Shown: piece after piece, positions 10,156-24,381 of the stretch
How the letters are laid out: the number at the start of each line of letters is the position of its first letter
How positions within the stretch are numbered: position 1 is the stretch's first letter
Made by a program: the position numbers and the translations under genes
Notes under the pieces: generated by a model
Seen by the model: only the letters and a program-made list of their open reading frames with translations
Database searches by the model: none
What the model was told of the DNA's origin: nothing
Assembly (NCBI GenBank): GCA_000182565.2
Contig: KQ257457.1
Source: Spizellomyces punctatus DAOM BR117
Taxonomy: Eukaryota
Reading direction: 5' to 3' (one strand)
Length of the DNA stretch: 64,000 nucleotides

Positions 10156-11959
10156 TCAATGAGCTCCCCCGTATCTATAAAAGTAATCCTCACATCCAAT
10201 TCTCGACCCTTCCAGAGGAAGCCGACCACTGCGAGTTATCCCTTTCACTTGGTAGTTTATGCAGACTTTCGGTTTCGCAGCGGTCAAATGGTTATTCTGA
10301 CTGGTTTCCCATTCAGGAAATGACCACACTGTCTCAATTGACCTCCGAGAGTGTTTGACATCTGCATCCATGTATAACCGAATAATGACAGTGGCGCTTC
10401 CACCAGCGACATCACCGCAATGACCGATGCAACTCGCTTGCTTTTCGGCACCAACAAGATCGTAGAGAGGACTTGACAAATAATAGAGATGCTATAATGT
10501 CAAACGGAGTATGCTCAGCAGACCGTATCTGTAGGCATGACTGTCCTGCACTGACACGTCCGGTCTTAGACTTTTCAGCAGGCACACCAATTATTGGCAG
10601 CTATGGCATTCGCATAAATAATTCAATATATAAAGTGGATACATGCGTGCAACGGTTTCTAATGCCTAATTATCCCTCATGAGGGGCCCACAAGGAGCCA
10701 AGCGGATGAATGAACTTCAGCTCTCCCCGTTCAAACTCCCAATCGTTCCCTGTCAGCCATGACAATGCTCCTAACCTGAATTCAGCAATGTCATTTACGT
10801 CACGCAATTGATCGCTTTTCAAGCTACGATATGCTGTCCCATCCACCCCGAAATCATCTGCTACACTTTCGTCAATGAGTCCATCAGCTGTCGCCCGAGC
10901 ACTAGCTGCACCGACAGCATCGTCGATGTTTTGTAGGATCTGTCGAAGCCCGTGAGGGATTTTCCTATATTTCCAATTCATCAGTACGACCAATCCGCAA
11001 AGGATGTTGTTGCTCGGACAATCGCTGGTACCTTTTTGCCTCCTTAATTTCTTCAGTATCACCGTTCAAGCTCTCTTTCAAGTCCAAAACAATCTGGGCC
11101 CGAGCTCGCCAGTACCAGGCCTCCGCACGATTGATTGCCTCCCTTAGTTCATTCTCGCTAACAATATGACCAGGCTTTTGGCCCTCGCCCGCGCTGAAAT
11201 ACTGAATAGTAGAGTGACATATTAGCCTTCACAGAGACCAGACGGTGACAGATCAATCGACGTCATACCTCAATGAAGTCCTTCACAGTTGCCGGAAAAG
11301 CTGGGACAATGGCTGTCGCCTGAAAGAGTAATTCGTGCGGAAAGGTAACATGATAGCGTGGGATCCCATCTACTATGCGGAGTGTCCACAAAAGAATTCC
11401 TGGGTAGGAACTTTGAGTAAATGTGTGTTTCAAAGGTAGCAGTACGGTATTAACCTACCGAAAGATTCCCACCGAGCCCAATAGCTTGAAATATCTTGGA
11501 CTGCATCCCAGGACCCGAATTGCTTGTCCATCAACTTTTGCTCCTGATCGGCAACCGCGTGAGCTGAGCCAAAGCATCAACATTTCCCTTGCCGTTTCGT
11601 AACCCCACTCACTGTTTCTGTGAAAGACCTTGCAATTTTACTCTCGTCCACGGCTTTAGTCAGAGCGTCAAAGCTCTGTCGGATCCTTCCAGCTGAACTC
11701 ACAGCAATGAGCCTTCCTTGCAGACTTTTGCTAAATATAAGATTAAAAACTCACTCTCGTCCTTAGCATTTGCTGCAAGATAAGCTGCTTCTATTCCCCA
11801 TCGGGTCAATACTAGCTGCAAGGCACCAGCCCTCCGCGCGATCTCACTGGGACTTCTTTTCAAAAGGGGTGGAGGGTTTGTCACAGTCGCATACTTCCTG
11901 GCGAATGTTTCGCAATGCCGCAGATTGCTTCGCCCTGCAATTAATTTTCGTAACGACAT
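10156..11959 (-). CDS. Hypothetical multi-exon protein, possible mitochondrial presequence; 3' boundary uncertain
   Basis: Collinear minus-strand ORF segments (11699-11959, 10670-11062, 10156-10479); N-terminus MSLRKLIAGRSNLRHCETFARKYAT is Arg-rich and amphipathic-looking; divergent from SAPS gene. Confidence 0.45.
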
Positions 11960-12201
11960 GATCCGCCTAGTTGGTGCGATCATTCTGATAATTGCTGCTG
12001 GAAGGATGATAACCTCTGGGATGAATCGCGTATCATGTGATTTGTCGTGCAGGATTGACTTCAAAGCAGCGCTCAAAAGTGCTCTACGCGTTTAACCTGA
12101 AGGGGTTTCATCGAAGCAGCAACGCATCTCGTCACCTCCATAAAAATATTGGTTTGAGTGGCCACATTCGTCTTTCTACTCCAGCTTAGGACATAGACGC
12201 G

Positions 12202-15200
12202 ATGTTCTGGCGCTTCGGATTTCACAGTGCGTCTGCAATCGACGGTCTTCTGGACAAGGAAGGCGTTACGTTGGACGAATTGCTTGAAGAGGATGAATTG
12301 CTGCAAGAATGCAAAGCGCACAACACGAAGCTTATTGAATTGTATCCTTTTTGAAGAGCAAAAGCTTCACTTTACTGCCGGGGAGAGCTCTCGGCATTGG
12401 CCGCAGTGATCTTGAGAGTAGTGGGTGGGAATTTGGTCGGACTACGGCCAAGTCCCGTCTCTTGTTTTTATGAAGTCTTGTTTTAGTTTCAAATTAAGTG
12501 CACCTTAACTCCTTAACTCAATTTATTAGCTTATGCAAAACAGATGTTCTGGAGCAACTGCTTGGGTACATTATGGCCGAGGACCTCGATGAGAATAAAC
12601 GTTTTAAGTATGCTTTGCAGCCGCCTGTTTCCAACGTGCTCTTTCTAAAAACTCTATCCTCCAAGGTACCCATATCTCGCAAGTGAGATTCTAAGTTGCG
12701 AGATTTTTTCAATATGCGAAGCCATTCTCGCCAACATCGACCTATTGAAGAATTTCTGGACCCTTCTGGATAGACCTGCACCACTGAATCCATTGACCGC
12801 TAGCTATTTCACTAAAGTCAACAGTGTCCTACTGCAGAAGAAGATGCCAGAGGTGAATACACATTCGCTGTCAACAATTGGCAGTCAATACTGTAAAGAT
12901 GATGATTGCTGAACATTGTCGACTCTTTCAAAGATGATCACCTTCATTAGGGCTCAGCCGGATGTTGTTCAGAAACTTCTGGCTCACATAGGAAGCTCTG
13001 CAATTGCAGATTTGCTGCTCAAATTAATAAGCATGGAAGAGGTTCCAGAGGGTACCGGGGTGGTTGAGGTGAGTAGCTCGCGTTACCATTGATTGCGATG
13101 TCTACTAACGTGCGGAAAAACTCTTCAAGTGGTTGAGCAAAGAAGGATTAGTGTCGACTCTTGTAAGCCGACTGGACCCCAGTTTAGAAACGGAGGTAAT
13201 TCCGCCGGGGCACTCTATATTACCAACATGCATATAACCGTGATGTATAGACGCACAACACGGCTGCCCAAACCCTTCTGGATGTGATCGCTGTGAGCTA
13301 TTCGGCGATCGGGCCTCAGGAGTCATTGATGCCAACCGGACTGGGGGCATCCATAATGGGGGAACAAGGCGGAATGTTCTCTCCAAATTCCGGTGGTAAT
13401 GCCCTGGTTGATGAATTGAAAAGGTAGGTTGCATATACCTCTTCGCAAACGGCGCATGATACTAAGCTAACTCTATGAATAGCGAGATAATCATGAACAA
13501 ACTTGTCGACTATATGCTCGAAAAGTCTGCACCACATTCCGGCAGCACACTGACCAACGGAATCAATATAATTATTGAGCTCATTCGTCGATATTGCAGG
13601 TAAAGTCAATAATAGAACTCCGATAGTTATTTCATGATGCGTATTCAATGGATATAAATTAGCGAAATCGAACAAGCGGAATACCAGCAGCATCAGTATC
13701 AACAGCTACAGCAACAGCAGAGACAAGGACCTCCACCCCCATCAGACGAGAAATTGAAAGCGCTAGCTACGGATTTGAACGAACTACTGCGAGTCATTGG
13801 CTCGCGACTGCTGCAATTCGCTGAACTTATACATGCACCGAGACATAGTGTACGTGGTACCGCCTCATGTAGTAATATGTATCTCTCTGCTTACGCCTTC
13901 CACCAGGAACCTGTCAATACTACGATAGGCAAGCAACATCCTTTGGGATCTGAGCGCCTAAAAACGTGTGAGCTTTTCGCAGAAATTCTGCATCTACAAT
14001 ACCTCTATACTTCGAGTCCGCTCTTTGAGAGGCTCATCAGCGCCAAAAAAGTTACGGATGATGGCAAGAAGACTGAGGATGAAACAAGCGAAACGGCAGA
14101 TGAAAAAGCGAAACTCTCAACGAATCCAAATACTAGTGTCGCTGATGAACTTGTTGCAATAACAGACAAGTTCATTGATGCCAAGATTCTCCCAGTATGC
14201 TTGGTAAGATAGTCGCAATTGGCAATATTTCCGTTGTAGATATTTGATGTCCACCATATTCCTGAACAGGATTTGTTCTTTAATTTCCCTTGGAACAACT
14301 TTCTGCATTCTGTTGTGTATGATATGATTGCGAAAGTGTTCAACACTTACTCGTATACAAGCACTACCATCGCGAGCAAGCCACCTAGCCCTTTCAAACC
14401 AGAAGGCGATGTTGAAACTGCTTCACGGGAGCCGGAGACGGTCTCTGTACCTGTCCAAACCAATACTATTATCTCGGTCGAAGAGCAAATGCAGGCGGTG
14501 AAAGATGTTGTACGAAAACTTGTACTATCGGTAAGGTCCAGGTGGCGAATTGTTGCTCTAAGCCGCAGCTGAGAATTACTGTGCGTCAGATTTTCAAAGA
14601 TGGAGAGCTTACGAAGCGAATTACTAAAGCTCAACGCGACAACGACTTTGAAGTGTAAGTGACATGAAATCGTGAAGAAACCACATCGCAGTTTTCTAAC
14701 GGTTGTACCCGTCTCAGGACGCAACCACGAGGGGTACGGTTAGGGTACATGGGTCATTTGACGTACATTTCCGATGAAGTGTGCAAACTACTTGAAAAAT
14801 GTAGCGAAGATTTGAGTCAAGAGATAGGAGGTATTCACGGCGGTTTGTTCCAATGTGCAATGCGTCGATATAAATTTGTTGTTTTTACGTAGATCTTATA
14901 GGCGCAGAAGATTGGCAAGAATATGTCGCAGGCATATTGCGGGAGACGAAGGAAAGGGACAGGCAACCACTTGGCGGGGTTCGACCAAACGCTGGACCGC
15001 AACAAAATCATCTACCTCTGGTGACCGGTGTGGGTGGTGGATTTGCCGGTGGGGGGATGGATGATACGGACATTGGTGCCTCCATCAAAGGGGATGCTGG
15101 CAAACGGGAAAGCGATGATGAAGATGACCTTGATTCGATTGGCGCCGGGACCAGCGATGTATACGTGGGAGATGGAGACGTGGCCAGCGACCAGGTGAGA

Positions 15201-16137
15201 AACAGTACAGACAGCTCATGGTGGAAACGGGACGATGATACCTGGTCGAGGGAAGGCAACTACGACTAGAGTCATAAGATACGCTTCAAGTCGTACAATT
15301 TGTCGTTAGAGAACCAAGCGAGTCCTTGGACTTTTTTTTGGAACAATAACTATTCGGGCGGTTGCCCACAGAGTTTATATTTACTTACCTGCGTGCGCTT
15401 TGAACAATTTTCCGGGTTCTGAACGTTGATGTATGCTTTCATTAGTTTGCAAGATATCTCTGCCACCAGATTGTTGCTGATCTTCCAGACCGGTTTATGG
15501 GTGTTGAAAGTTCAGATGATGAGGAAGATGAATCAAACGCCGAGTGGATTGGGTAAATGTTCTCCTCTGGGTAAATTCAAGCGGCAATGCAGCTAACCCT
15601 GATTACATCTGTCTAGCGAATTCGAAAGTAAAGATTTTGACGTGAGGGAAGCCTTTGATCCAGTTAGTAAGAGGCATTCTGCAGAAGCACGGCTTTGACG
15701 TGATAATCTGACTGGCGCTTGGTTGATCCGGCAGGAGAATCCATTTCCTCACAAGCGATCGTCACTGGGGGAAGAATTCGATCCACCTAGGGGCGATGTA
15801 TCGTCCTCTATTTCCGAGGTACGAAAACAGAAATAGTCCTGGCCAAATCGTTGATATCTAAATTCCATTACGCATTTCTTTACGCACTTCCTATAGGCCG
15901 AGGAGTCAGCCAGTGAGACTAATGAAAGAGACCAGCAGAAGGATTCTTTTGACACGAACGAAATGCTCGGAGCGCTGGATACAAGTGCGTTGCAAACGGG
16001 ATGGTAGGTTCGAAGAGATTTGTATCACAGGACACGGCCGTTCATTATCACGAACTCTTGCCATATATAGGGCGGATTTCAGTCAGTTTAAGTCAGGTCC
16101 GGGTGAGACCCAGCAAGAGGGAGGAGGTGCGGAATAG
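12202..16137 (+). CDS. SIT4/PP6 phosphatase-associated protein (SAPS family, Sap185/Sap190-like), many exons
   Basis: [39 protein letters not shown]-terminus; [44 protein letters not shown] motifs. Confidence 0.92.
12342..12529 (+). other. U12-type (minor spliceosome) GT-AG intron 1 of SAPS gene
   Basis: 5' site GTATCCTTT; branch TCCTTAAC at 12510-12517 about 12 nt before AG; splicing restores frame ([16 protein letters not shown]). Confidence 0.85.
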
Positions 16138-16481
16138 TGAGTTGCTCTTATGTAAACGCTGGAACGTGGACTATCAACAGTAGTTATCTTGGGAATTATT
16201 TATTGCGATGTTTTCACTCGTTAGTCGATGGATGAAATACAAAAATCCGTTTGATCTACTAGTCCTTAGTAGTCTCATTTGTAGGTTGGTCAAGTGCAAT
16301 TCATGGTGTAACCGAGTCGATCGACCTCAAAACCAGGTCCTGCCTAGATTTGATGAAATCTTTCCGCAACAGAACAACAGGTGGACAGTCACGTAGAGGC
16401 TATATCTAGCAGACCCAGAGCACTAAATAAGCACTCACAACTGCGGTCGCCAATGAGGGTTGATCCGGGCTTAATTTATCA

Positions 16482-18715
16482 CTAGTTCGGTGTTCGGCAC
16501 GCCTCCAGCATCTTGCCAATATCTAATACCGCCCTGTCGTTCCCGTATTGTCCCAATAGCTGGACACCAACTGGCATGCCTTCCGTATCTTGTCCATAAG
16601 GTATCACCAGGGCTGGCAGTCCTGCTAGTGATGCAGGAATTGTCAATGCATCATCTGCGTATTCGTTGACTGGTGTCTCGCCGGTGTCGTTTGCAATGTC
16701 AGCAAGAAGTGGAGCTGAGCCCATTGCTGAGGGCGTTAAAAGAATATCTACACCGTTAGCGGAATTGTGGGAGCCGGAATCTGTTGAGCGCAAGGGGTTG
16801 GGTTTGGCAAAGACGTTGTCAAAGTCACTTTGGACCAGGCGGCGCAATTTTTGGGCTTGCAGGAAGTAGCTCGTGTATGAACTATAAACCATCTAGCGAG
16901 TTAGATTTTTTATAACATCGTTCGAGTAACCTCCACATACGCACTTGGCCTGCAATACGAAAGTTCCTAGCATGATTCTACGTTTCACTTCTGTTCCAAA
17001 CCCCTCTGTCCGTGTTGCAGTGTAAAGTTCATGCTTCAGCGTGCTATCACACCGCTCTGATTGGTGACCTGCATCTGGACGGTTAAAAAGTAGAAAAGGA
17101 CGCTGCTTCTTACGAGCCAAGAAATACCATATCGTATGCCATCATATCTCGCCAAATTGGATGATGCCTCTGCAGGAGCAATTACATAATACGCAGGAAG
17201 AGCGTGCTTTGTGTTCGGGAGCGAAACAGGTACCACTGTTGCTCCTCGCGATGCTAGATGCTGAGCGGCAGCATTCCACGCCTGTAGGACTGCAGACGAT
17301 AGGCCAGTCATAAAATACTCCTGCGGTGCGATACAGTTAGCAACAATTTGTCAGGTGCAGGCACCTAAGTTACGGACTGGCCATATACCTGCGGTATTCC
17401 TACTCTCACGCCATTCAGGTCTCCATGAAGTACAGTTGGTTCCTCATTGATTTGAAGACAGGTTGAATCCTTTTCGTCATATTGAGCAAGTATATCTTTG
17501 CATAGAAGTCCATGTGAGGGTCACAAGAGATAATTAGTCAGCGATGAAACCACTGTAGTAGCTTTACATTGTACCCTACCATACAAAATCTTTGCATCTG
17601 CCACTTTCTTCGTGAGTAAGCCGATGGTGTCTAATGAGCTGGCGTAGGCCACTAGACCACGTCGAGAGAATCGGCCATATGAAGGTTTGAACCCAACAAT
17701 GCCCGTATACGCCGCAGGAGTTCGCACACTTCCACCGGTATCCGAGCCAAGGGCACTAACAATTGACAACAGTTATTCTCTTACCGTGCCGTGGAAATAA
17801 TGGAAGATGACAATTTCACACCTACGCAAAGCACATATTAGCTGCAACAGCAGAAGCACTGCCACCAGAGCTGCCACCTGGAGATCTGCCTCCCAAATGA
17901 CCCTCAGGAACTGGTCCTAATGGGTTATAAGCGGGACCATGGGCACTGTGGATATTGGTGGAACTTATTTGCAGGGAGAAAGAGGAAGATCGTTAACAAA
18001 ACCATGTTAGGTATACGATAAAGTGAGATCTACACATACCCCATCCCAAATTCATCCATATTGGTTTTTCCAAGAATTATAACTCCGTGTTGCATTAGGA
18101 GCCTTACAGCAGTGGCATCGATAGGCGAGGTGAAGTCTTCATTTAAGAGGTTACTAGCTGTTCATGCGCTTTGGTGCCGCTATAGTCCAGCTAACCTTTC
18201 AGTATGTTTGAGGCACACGTAGTCGGGTGTTCCTTTGTACATATATTAGCTTTAACTGCAATCGGAATGCCGTCCAGCGGCCCCTGCGGCGTTCCTATAT
18301 TTTTGGCATATCATGTATCTCAGTTTCCCAACCACCCGCAAGTTTCTTTACAGATTGTACAAACCTTGAGCCCATCGTGCATCGGCGAGTAGGGCCTTCC
18401 GTATTAGCTCGTCCGTGGATGCCAAGTGTGTGAATGCATTCAAATGGCCATTCCGAGCCGCGATACGTTCAAGACAGCTCTTCAGGAGGGCCGAAGGAGT
18501 GGTTTTACGTGCTTTGAGGTCTGAGACTGCCTAATTGGATATTACCAAGTAACACGGTGAGTCCGCACCTATGGAATTACGAGCGCGATAATCCACACCT
18601 CCGAGATAGACAATAACGTGGGATCCTTCCTTGTGCCGATAAGGAACCTGGATATTGGGCGCGTTGCTTGGTACTGTTTATCCACCAGCAATGACTGGCA
18701 TCTTAGCACCCTCAT
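16482..18715 (-). CDS. HER2: Glutamyl-tRNA(Gln) amidotransferase subunit A (mitochondrial GatA/QRSL1), multi-exon
   Basis: [77 protein letters not shown] amidase motifs. Confidence 0.93.
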
Positions 18716-18993
18716 CTTGGTCAAAGAAGCAAAACGTTGGGTTTCATCAAGAGCGAAGAGAAATGGGCTAAGCCGCAGTACGCATTAAGTTGAAGTTCTC
18801 CCACGCTTGTCTTTAAATCTGTTTGGTGAAGGATTTTTACCGTAAGTTCATCCTTTGAAAGACTATATTCGTTACAAAGATGGACATCCGGGAGAATGGA
18901 CACATTGACATAACTAGGTAGGGATGGCGAGACAAGTAGTGTTGATGCATATCTAAGATATATACACAATTTGAGGGACTTCAAGGCAACTCC

Positions 18994-19740
18994 TTATTCC
19001 GCATCCCTTTGAGTGTTCAGCTGTCGTGTTTCCAGTTCATGGCGAGACTTTTCAATGTAGTACCGCGATACAGCATGCGGAATTGCGGTTCCTAACCCAT
19101 ATGCAAATAATCCGCCGAATCCAATGATCAGAACCCAATTTCTTAGTTTTCGTCCGCCGGTTGAAGCCCTGGAGGTCAGGGAGGGCAATCTTTCGTGCAG
19201 ATATGCTTTCGTTCGCCGGGCAGCACTTAGTGTACTCAATTGTAACCGTTCACCAGCCGATTGTGCGCTTTCGGCGACTTTGTTGCCAGCCGCATTGGCT
19301 GTCCACGAAGATCCGTTGAGCACTTTTTCAGATTGTTCTGCCACGGACTTTTTCGCAGTGGATGCCACATCAGACATGGCATTCGAAGCTCGGTTTGCTG
19401 CAACTTTGATCGTGCCTGTGAGGTTTGCTGCAGTGCTTTTCGCTAAGTTTTTGGCCGTTTCGCTCGCGGCACCGCGGATGTCCGATGATTTTGAAATGGC
19501 ATTTCGGACAATTTTACTGGCAGCATCTCCTGTTTGCAGTAACCTCGAAGATGCTTGGCTTTGTAGCTGAGACAGCTTGTGCACCGCAGCAGGCGAGAGA
19601 TTCCCCACCGACCGTTGCCAAGCGGCTTTTAAGCTGGTGAAGACCTTTTCTTCTTTTGTAGGGCTAGTTTTAGGCTGTTCTTTACCAAATGATTTCTTTG
19701 AAGTTGCGAACTGAGGGTTATCTTTATTCTGTGGATTCAT
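18994..19740 (-). CDS. Hypothetical 248-aa Ala/Ser/Lys-rich protein with C-terminal transmembrane segment
   Basis: Single ATG-started ORF; WVLIIGFGGLFAYGLGTAIP hydrophobic helix. Confidence 0.7.
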   Translation of the reverse strand: MNPQNKDNPQFATSKKSFGKEQPKTSPTKEEKVFTSLKAAWQRSVGNLSPAAVHKLSQLQSQASSRLLQTGDAASKIVRNAISKSSDIRGAASETAKNLAKSTAANLTGTIKVAANRASNAMSDVASTAKKSVAEQSEKVLNGSSWTANAAGNKVAESAQSAGERLQLSTLSAARRTKAYLHERLPSLTSRASTGGRKLRNWVLIIGFGGLFAYGLGTAIPHAVSRYYIEKSRHELETRQLNTQRDAE

Positions 19741-19888
19741 GATCGCATTGCTCTCTGGCCAGGATTATGCTGGTTTTTGATGTCATCTGGGTGACTCATC
19801 CCGTCCAATGACGTGGGACTAACCATTTTGGCTGCGAGGTTGAACTCCAACTTCGACTTTATACTTTCCATCACCCCAACTTTACAAG

Positions 19889-20900
19889 ATGAGTACTGCT
19901 GCCGCCCTGAAGTATCTTGTAGTGCCTGCCAAGTCAAAGCATACTGCAACCGTAGGTCCCTCAATGTGACCCATGAAACGTAGTGTGACTTCCATGTACC
20001 ACTGACTTAATTCCATTTTGGCTGTTGAAAGGTCTTTTTCTTGCACGGATTGGGCGACAGCGGGAATGGATGGTAAGGATAGACCCTACACGCAGGAAGA
20101 GGCGCTGGCGATCAACAGATGAATCTTGTATCACTAGGGCACCTGTTGCGAAGATGCTCCAACCATTACTTCCACACGTCAAGTGGGTGCTCCCTCATGC
20201 TCCTCAAAAGCCTGTAAGCATCAATTTCGGTATGGCCATGCCGGCATGGTAAGCTCAGATCAGACTCTCTTAGTTAGTGAAACGCTTATAAGTGATGAAT
20301 ACAGGTACGACATCCATCATCTGGGACCGGGTGGCCGAGAGGATGAGGCGGGGGTAATGGATTCCGTATCGAAAAGTAAGACGTGGTTTCATCGTTCAAG
20401 TGTACTATAGGTACTGATGTTATTGACGACTCTTTGCATTCGCAGTCACGGAACTTATCAATGACGAGATACGATCAGGAATCTCTGCAGACAGGATTGT
20501 CCTTGGAGGATTTTCTCAAGGAGCGGCAGTATCGATCGTCTACAGTCTGACCAGTAATACTAGACTTGCTGGCTTTACCTGCTTGAGTGGATACTTACCA
20601 TTGACGACCAATATTGACAAGGTGCTGACTAATATCGGTAGCGGAATGATGATGAGACTGCAGTCCTAATACGAAATATTTTTTTAGCTTACTAATTCAA
20701 CAAACAAGGGGACCCCCATGTTGATGTGTCATGGAGATGCAGATGAAGTGGTAGCTTACCAGTGGGGAAAGATGACATACGATAAACTCAAAGAGCTGGA
20801 TAGAAAGGTTGAATTTAAAACATATCGCGGGATGGGTCATTCAAGTTCGAATGATGAAGTCAAGGATGTCGCAGAGTTTTTGAAAGAGCTTTTGCCTTAA
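19889..20900 (+). CDS. APT1: Acyl-protein thioesterase 1 / lysophospholipase, multi-exon
   Basis: KHTAT..FLHGLGDSG, HVKWVLPHAP..MPAW, GGFSQGA, HGDADEVV, YRGMGHSS. Confidence 0.9.
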
Positions 20901-21268
20901 AGATGAAAGCAAACACTGAACCTGTAGTAGACGTGATCACTCGCACCTCGCGTGCCGTTTGAAGTTCACTTATAGATTGTAGCGTCAGCACAGGAAGGTT
21001 CCTGTGACCGATTGTTGAGGTCAAAGTGCTTTGAAGGGATCCGTGCATTTGGGTGCTTGTTGTAGGACCAATATAAACTGTTAGATGGGAAGGTTGGGGT
21101 TAATTTGTGTTTTGACTTCTTTACGAGAAAAGAGCGGGTTTCTCGTTAAATTCAGAAAATAGACCAAATAAAATAATAAATAACCCTAAAGGTTCATCTT
21201 CAGGACGTGGTATACTATCAATAGACTTTTCAAGCTGCTCGGCACAGGAGAAGAGCGTCTAACACACG

Positions 21269-24200
21269 CTATAATATTGCTAGCATATTATATAATAATG
21301 ATCTGATCCGGTAAAAGTCGCTGCCCACCTGCCCCTCCATTGTCAACTGTCCTGCAGCTGTTCGTTTTACAACAATTTTGCCATTTACGACTAGCACGCC
21401 TGATACAAATTCGGTTCCAAACCCTTCCGCCTGAAGCAGCCGCCGAAATTCTGAAAGTTTTAGATCGCCCACAATGACGGGGCGGTGTACTCTCTGATCT
21501 TCCACAGGGACAAAATCGAGAATGGGTACCACCGTGCTTGTTGCAGTTCCACTGGGCGTTGTAATGTCTCCCGGTGTTTGATCTGACATAAGGCCCGGAA
21601 TTTCGTCTTGCGGGAAGCGAATTATGCCGCTTACATACGCTAGTTCGTAGTCGGCGATCTATGTAATATACATGAATTCACAAAGGATTAATTCCTTCAT
21701 AGTATCACAGTGCTTTCAACGTACCGCAGCAACCTTCAAGGAGCTCACGAGCGAATCCGTTAATTTAACCTAAGACAAGTCGATATTAGCTTCATGCCGG
21801 CAAAGGAAATGCTAAATCTTCTCACCTGGTAAATATTGGTCGCCGCTGAAACATTGATACATTCGTTAACATGCGGCGTGTAGATTTCGGTAGTCATCGA
21901 CTCGGTCTCGGCGCAATACCCGGCAAGATCGTCGGTCGCTTCTTCGGATCCATGTATTAGAATCTGGGATAATATTTTTTCATTACTCCTGATTCCGAAC
22001 ACCACGCGTATCATTCAAGATTTGAAAACTTACCAACTTGCGTGGTGCCACTTGTGGCAAGATATTTTTGACGGATCGGCCATCTGAACGTCCTTCGAAG
22101 TCAATATACATGACTTTACATCGAATCTTAAGATTTGTCTCGCGTGTTATGTATTTCGAGGGTATTTTATCCTCCTCAGGTCGAATCCTATCCAGGTCCA
22201 TTGGTGTAGGCCCCTGCGCTGACTGCTTCAAATTACTAGCTGCGCCGATTGGATTGCTATCTCAACAGTGTTTCTCACCTCCTCCTCCTCAGCTGCCTGC
22301 TGCAAGGCATATTGATACTCTCCTCGCATGTATACAGCGGGGTCAATCTGTTCACCATAATCATCGACCCTCTTCCTCGGTTCATATGTCGGAAACATTC
22401 GATAGGACTGTGACTGTTTAAAGAAGCCACCTGATCGCGTTTGATCCTTCACATATATATCAAAGCCGGTAGCAAGAATGTTGGCAACCTCAGCCACCTC
22501 TCCTTCATCTTCACTCATGTCGCTTTCATCTTCTTCTATCAGCGAGCGTTGCTTCGCAAGACTCTCCAGTTCATGTTCACGACGCTGCTGTTCGCGGGCG
22601 AGGAACTCCGCAAGTTCTTCTCCTTCTAATGGAATTTTGGTCTTGACCTATTATACGACCAGTAAGACGAGCAAGCAGACGCGGATTCTCTGCTAAAGAA
22701 GCAACCATCAACTGACCGTCATAGGGAGGTCTAGTTCAATATTAACAGATGGGCGAAGTCCATTAGATTGTATTGGGGGCGCGTTTAAATTCCACTCATC
22801 ATAGAGGCGTCGGGTCATTGAGGTAGGTAGTCCTCGGTCAGGTAATATGATGATATTTTTGGGGTCTTCGCACCACTCTTGCAAGAGCTGACTAGACCAT
22901 CCGGTGTCCATGCTCGAGAGCGAGGCAAGGACCAGTTTTGGTCCATTTAATTTCTCAAGGTCCTTCATCCGGTACAATGTTCGCAAAAACCTTTTCAAAT
23001 ATCGCCCACTTGAGCACATGAGTTCCTGGCAAAAATGCGTTGCATGACCTTACTTGAAGTCGAACGGAACCTCACGCCTCTGTGAGAATGCCTGTGCCAC
23101 ACCGTCGCCCATCCATTCCAACATCGTTCTGGCTAATGTCATAGTGCGATAGCTCTGATGAGCTAAAAATATCAGTGCATACTGCACACGATTGAATGCC
23201 CAGTGCTGTTCAAGAAGGTAAGCTAGCTCCAAAACTCGGGTTGAAGAGTCGACTGGAATAAGAACGTTTGCTCCAGCGCTGAGTGCCGCGGTGATGGTAT
23301 CTATAAAACAATGGAATGTCAGCCCATATACTTTCTGCTCCCTCTAAGAATCACTGGCAGGAGAAACGCACCCACAAGAGCGGCATCACGGATTTTCCGG
23401 AGTGGCTGTTCACTGTTCGCATTATACGAATCCGTAATCAAAACCGACGGTCTTGCGAGGGCTTCGGTGGTCATGAGCACAGTGCCATTCAGATGGCTAT
23501 CCAAGCATTTTCAGTGGTCGCTTCTAGACAGCGCCAAACTACATTACTGCGAACCCACCGGTCTTTCTTGTGATTATAATCAACTGCATATACGATTTCG
23601 TCAGTATCCTTCTTGATCTTCCAGAGGGTGCCTCCTACAGTATGCCCTGCAGCATATGCAGTGATTGTGATGCCTTTACATCTCCCTGATGAACAGTAAT
23701 ATCGTCATGAATGCTACGTTTAGCGAATGCCTGCGCAACTACAAACCTGACAGCGAGAACGGCTGTGAATAACGCAATTGAACCATGTTTTCAAAAGCCG
23801 TGTCCACATGATCCAAGGTAAAAGTGGAAAAATCCTCGACATCGCTTTTGGACTGGTATGCATCATACATGCAAATCTGTCCCATATCGTGAACAGGAAC
23901 GGTTGCGTACGCAGGGCAGTTCAGGCCAAGACTGCCCACAGCGTAAGGGTAAGCTCCGAGGTGCTCAATATCTGCATGACTGATTAATACGGCATCAACT
24001 TGTTTCGCGATCCTGCACAGTCCAAATCCAAAAGAAAATGGGGACAATGAAAGGACAGTTTATTAAAGTCATTCGTAACAATCAGAGTTCGTAGAATCAA
24101 TTTTTATTATAGCCTCGGTAGCACACTCGATGTTCGGACCCATCTAGCTACATATCTTCCAAGTCTGACGTCCTCATAACCCGTCAGGTATCCCATCCGT

Positions 24201-24381
24201 GCCGGGCGCAACAGCGCAACCTGAATACTCACCGTTTGAGCTGCTTGAGGTCTTCTGGCTCAAATGCATCAGTCCATCCGCAGTCAAGAAGAAGCTTTGC
24301 TTCGTCGATTTCAAGTAAATAGCATAATGGGTCCTCGTTACGCGCGCCAGAAAGAGCGGTGAACTTGATGTATGCGCTCAT
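21269..24381 (-). CDS. CFT2: Cleavage and polyadenylation specificity factor subunit 2 (CPSF100), multi-exon
   Basis: [81 protein letters not shown]. Confidence 0.93.

Noticed and set aside
15194-15269. Alternative terminal exon in the SAPS gene by intron read-through
   Set aside because: A short open frame into a long intron is expected by chance; no transcript evidence available
24080-24180. C/D-box snoRNA in the long first intron of CPSF100
   Set aside because: Only a variant box C (ATGAGGA) and a CTGA; no convincing terminal stem or 10-nt-plus rRNA complement seen
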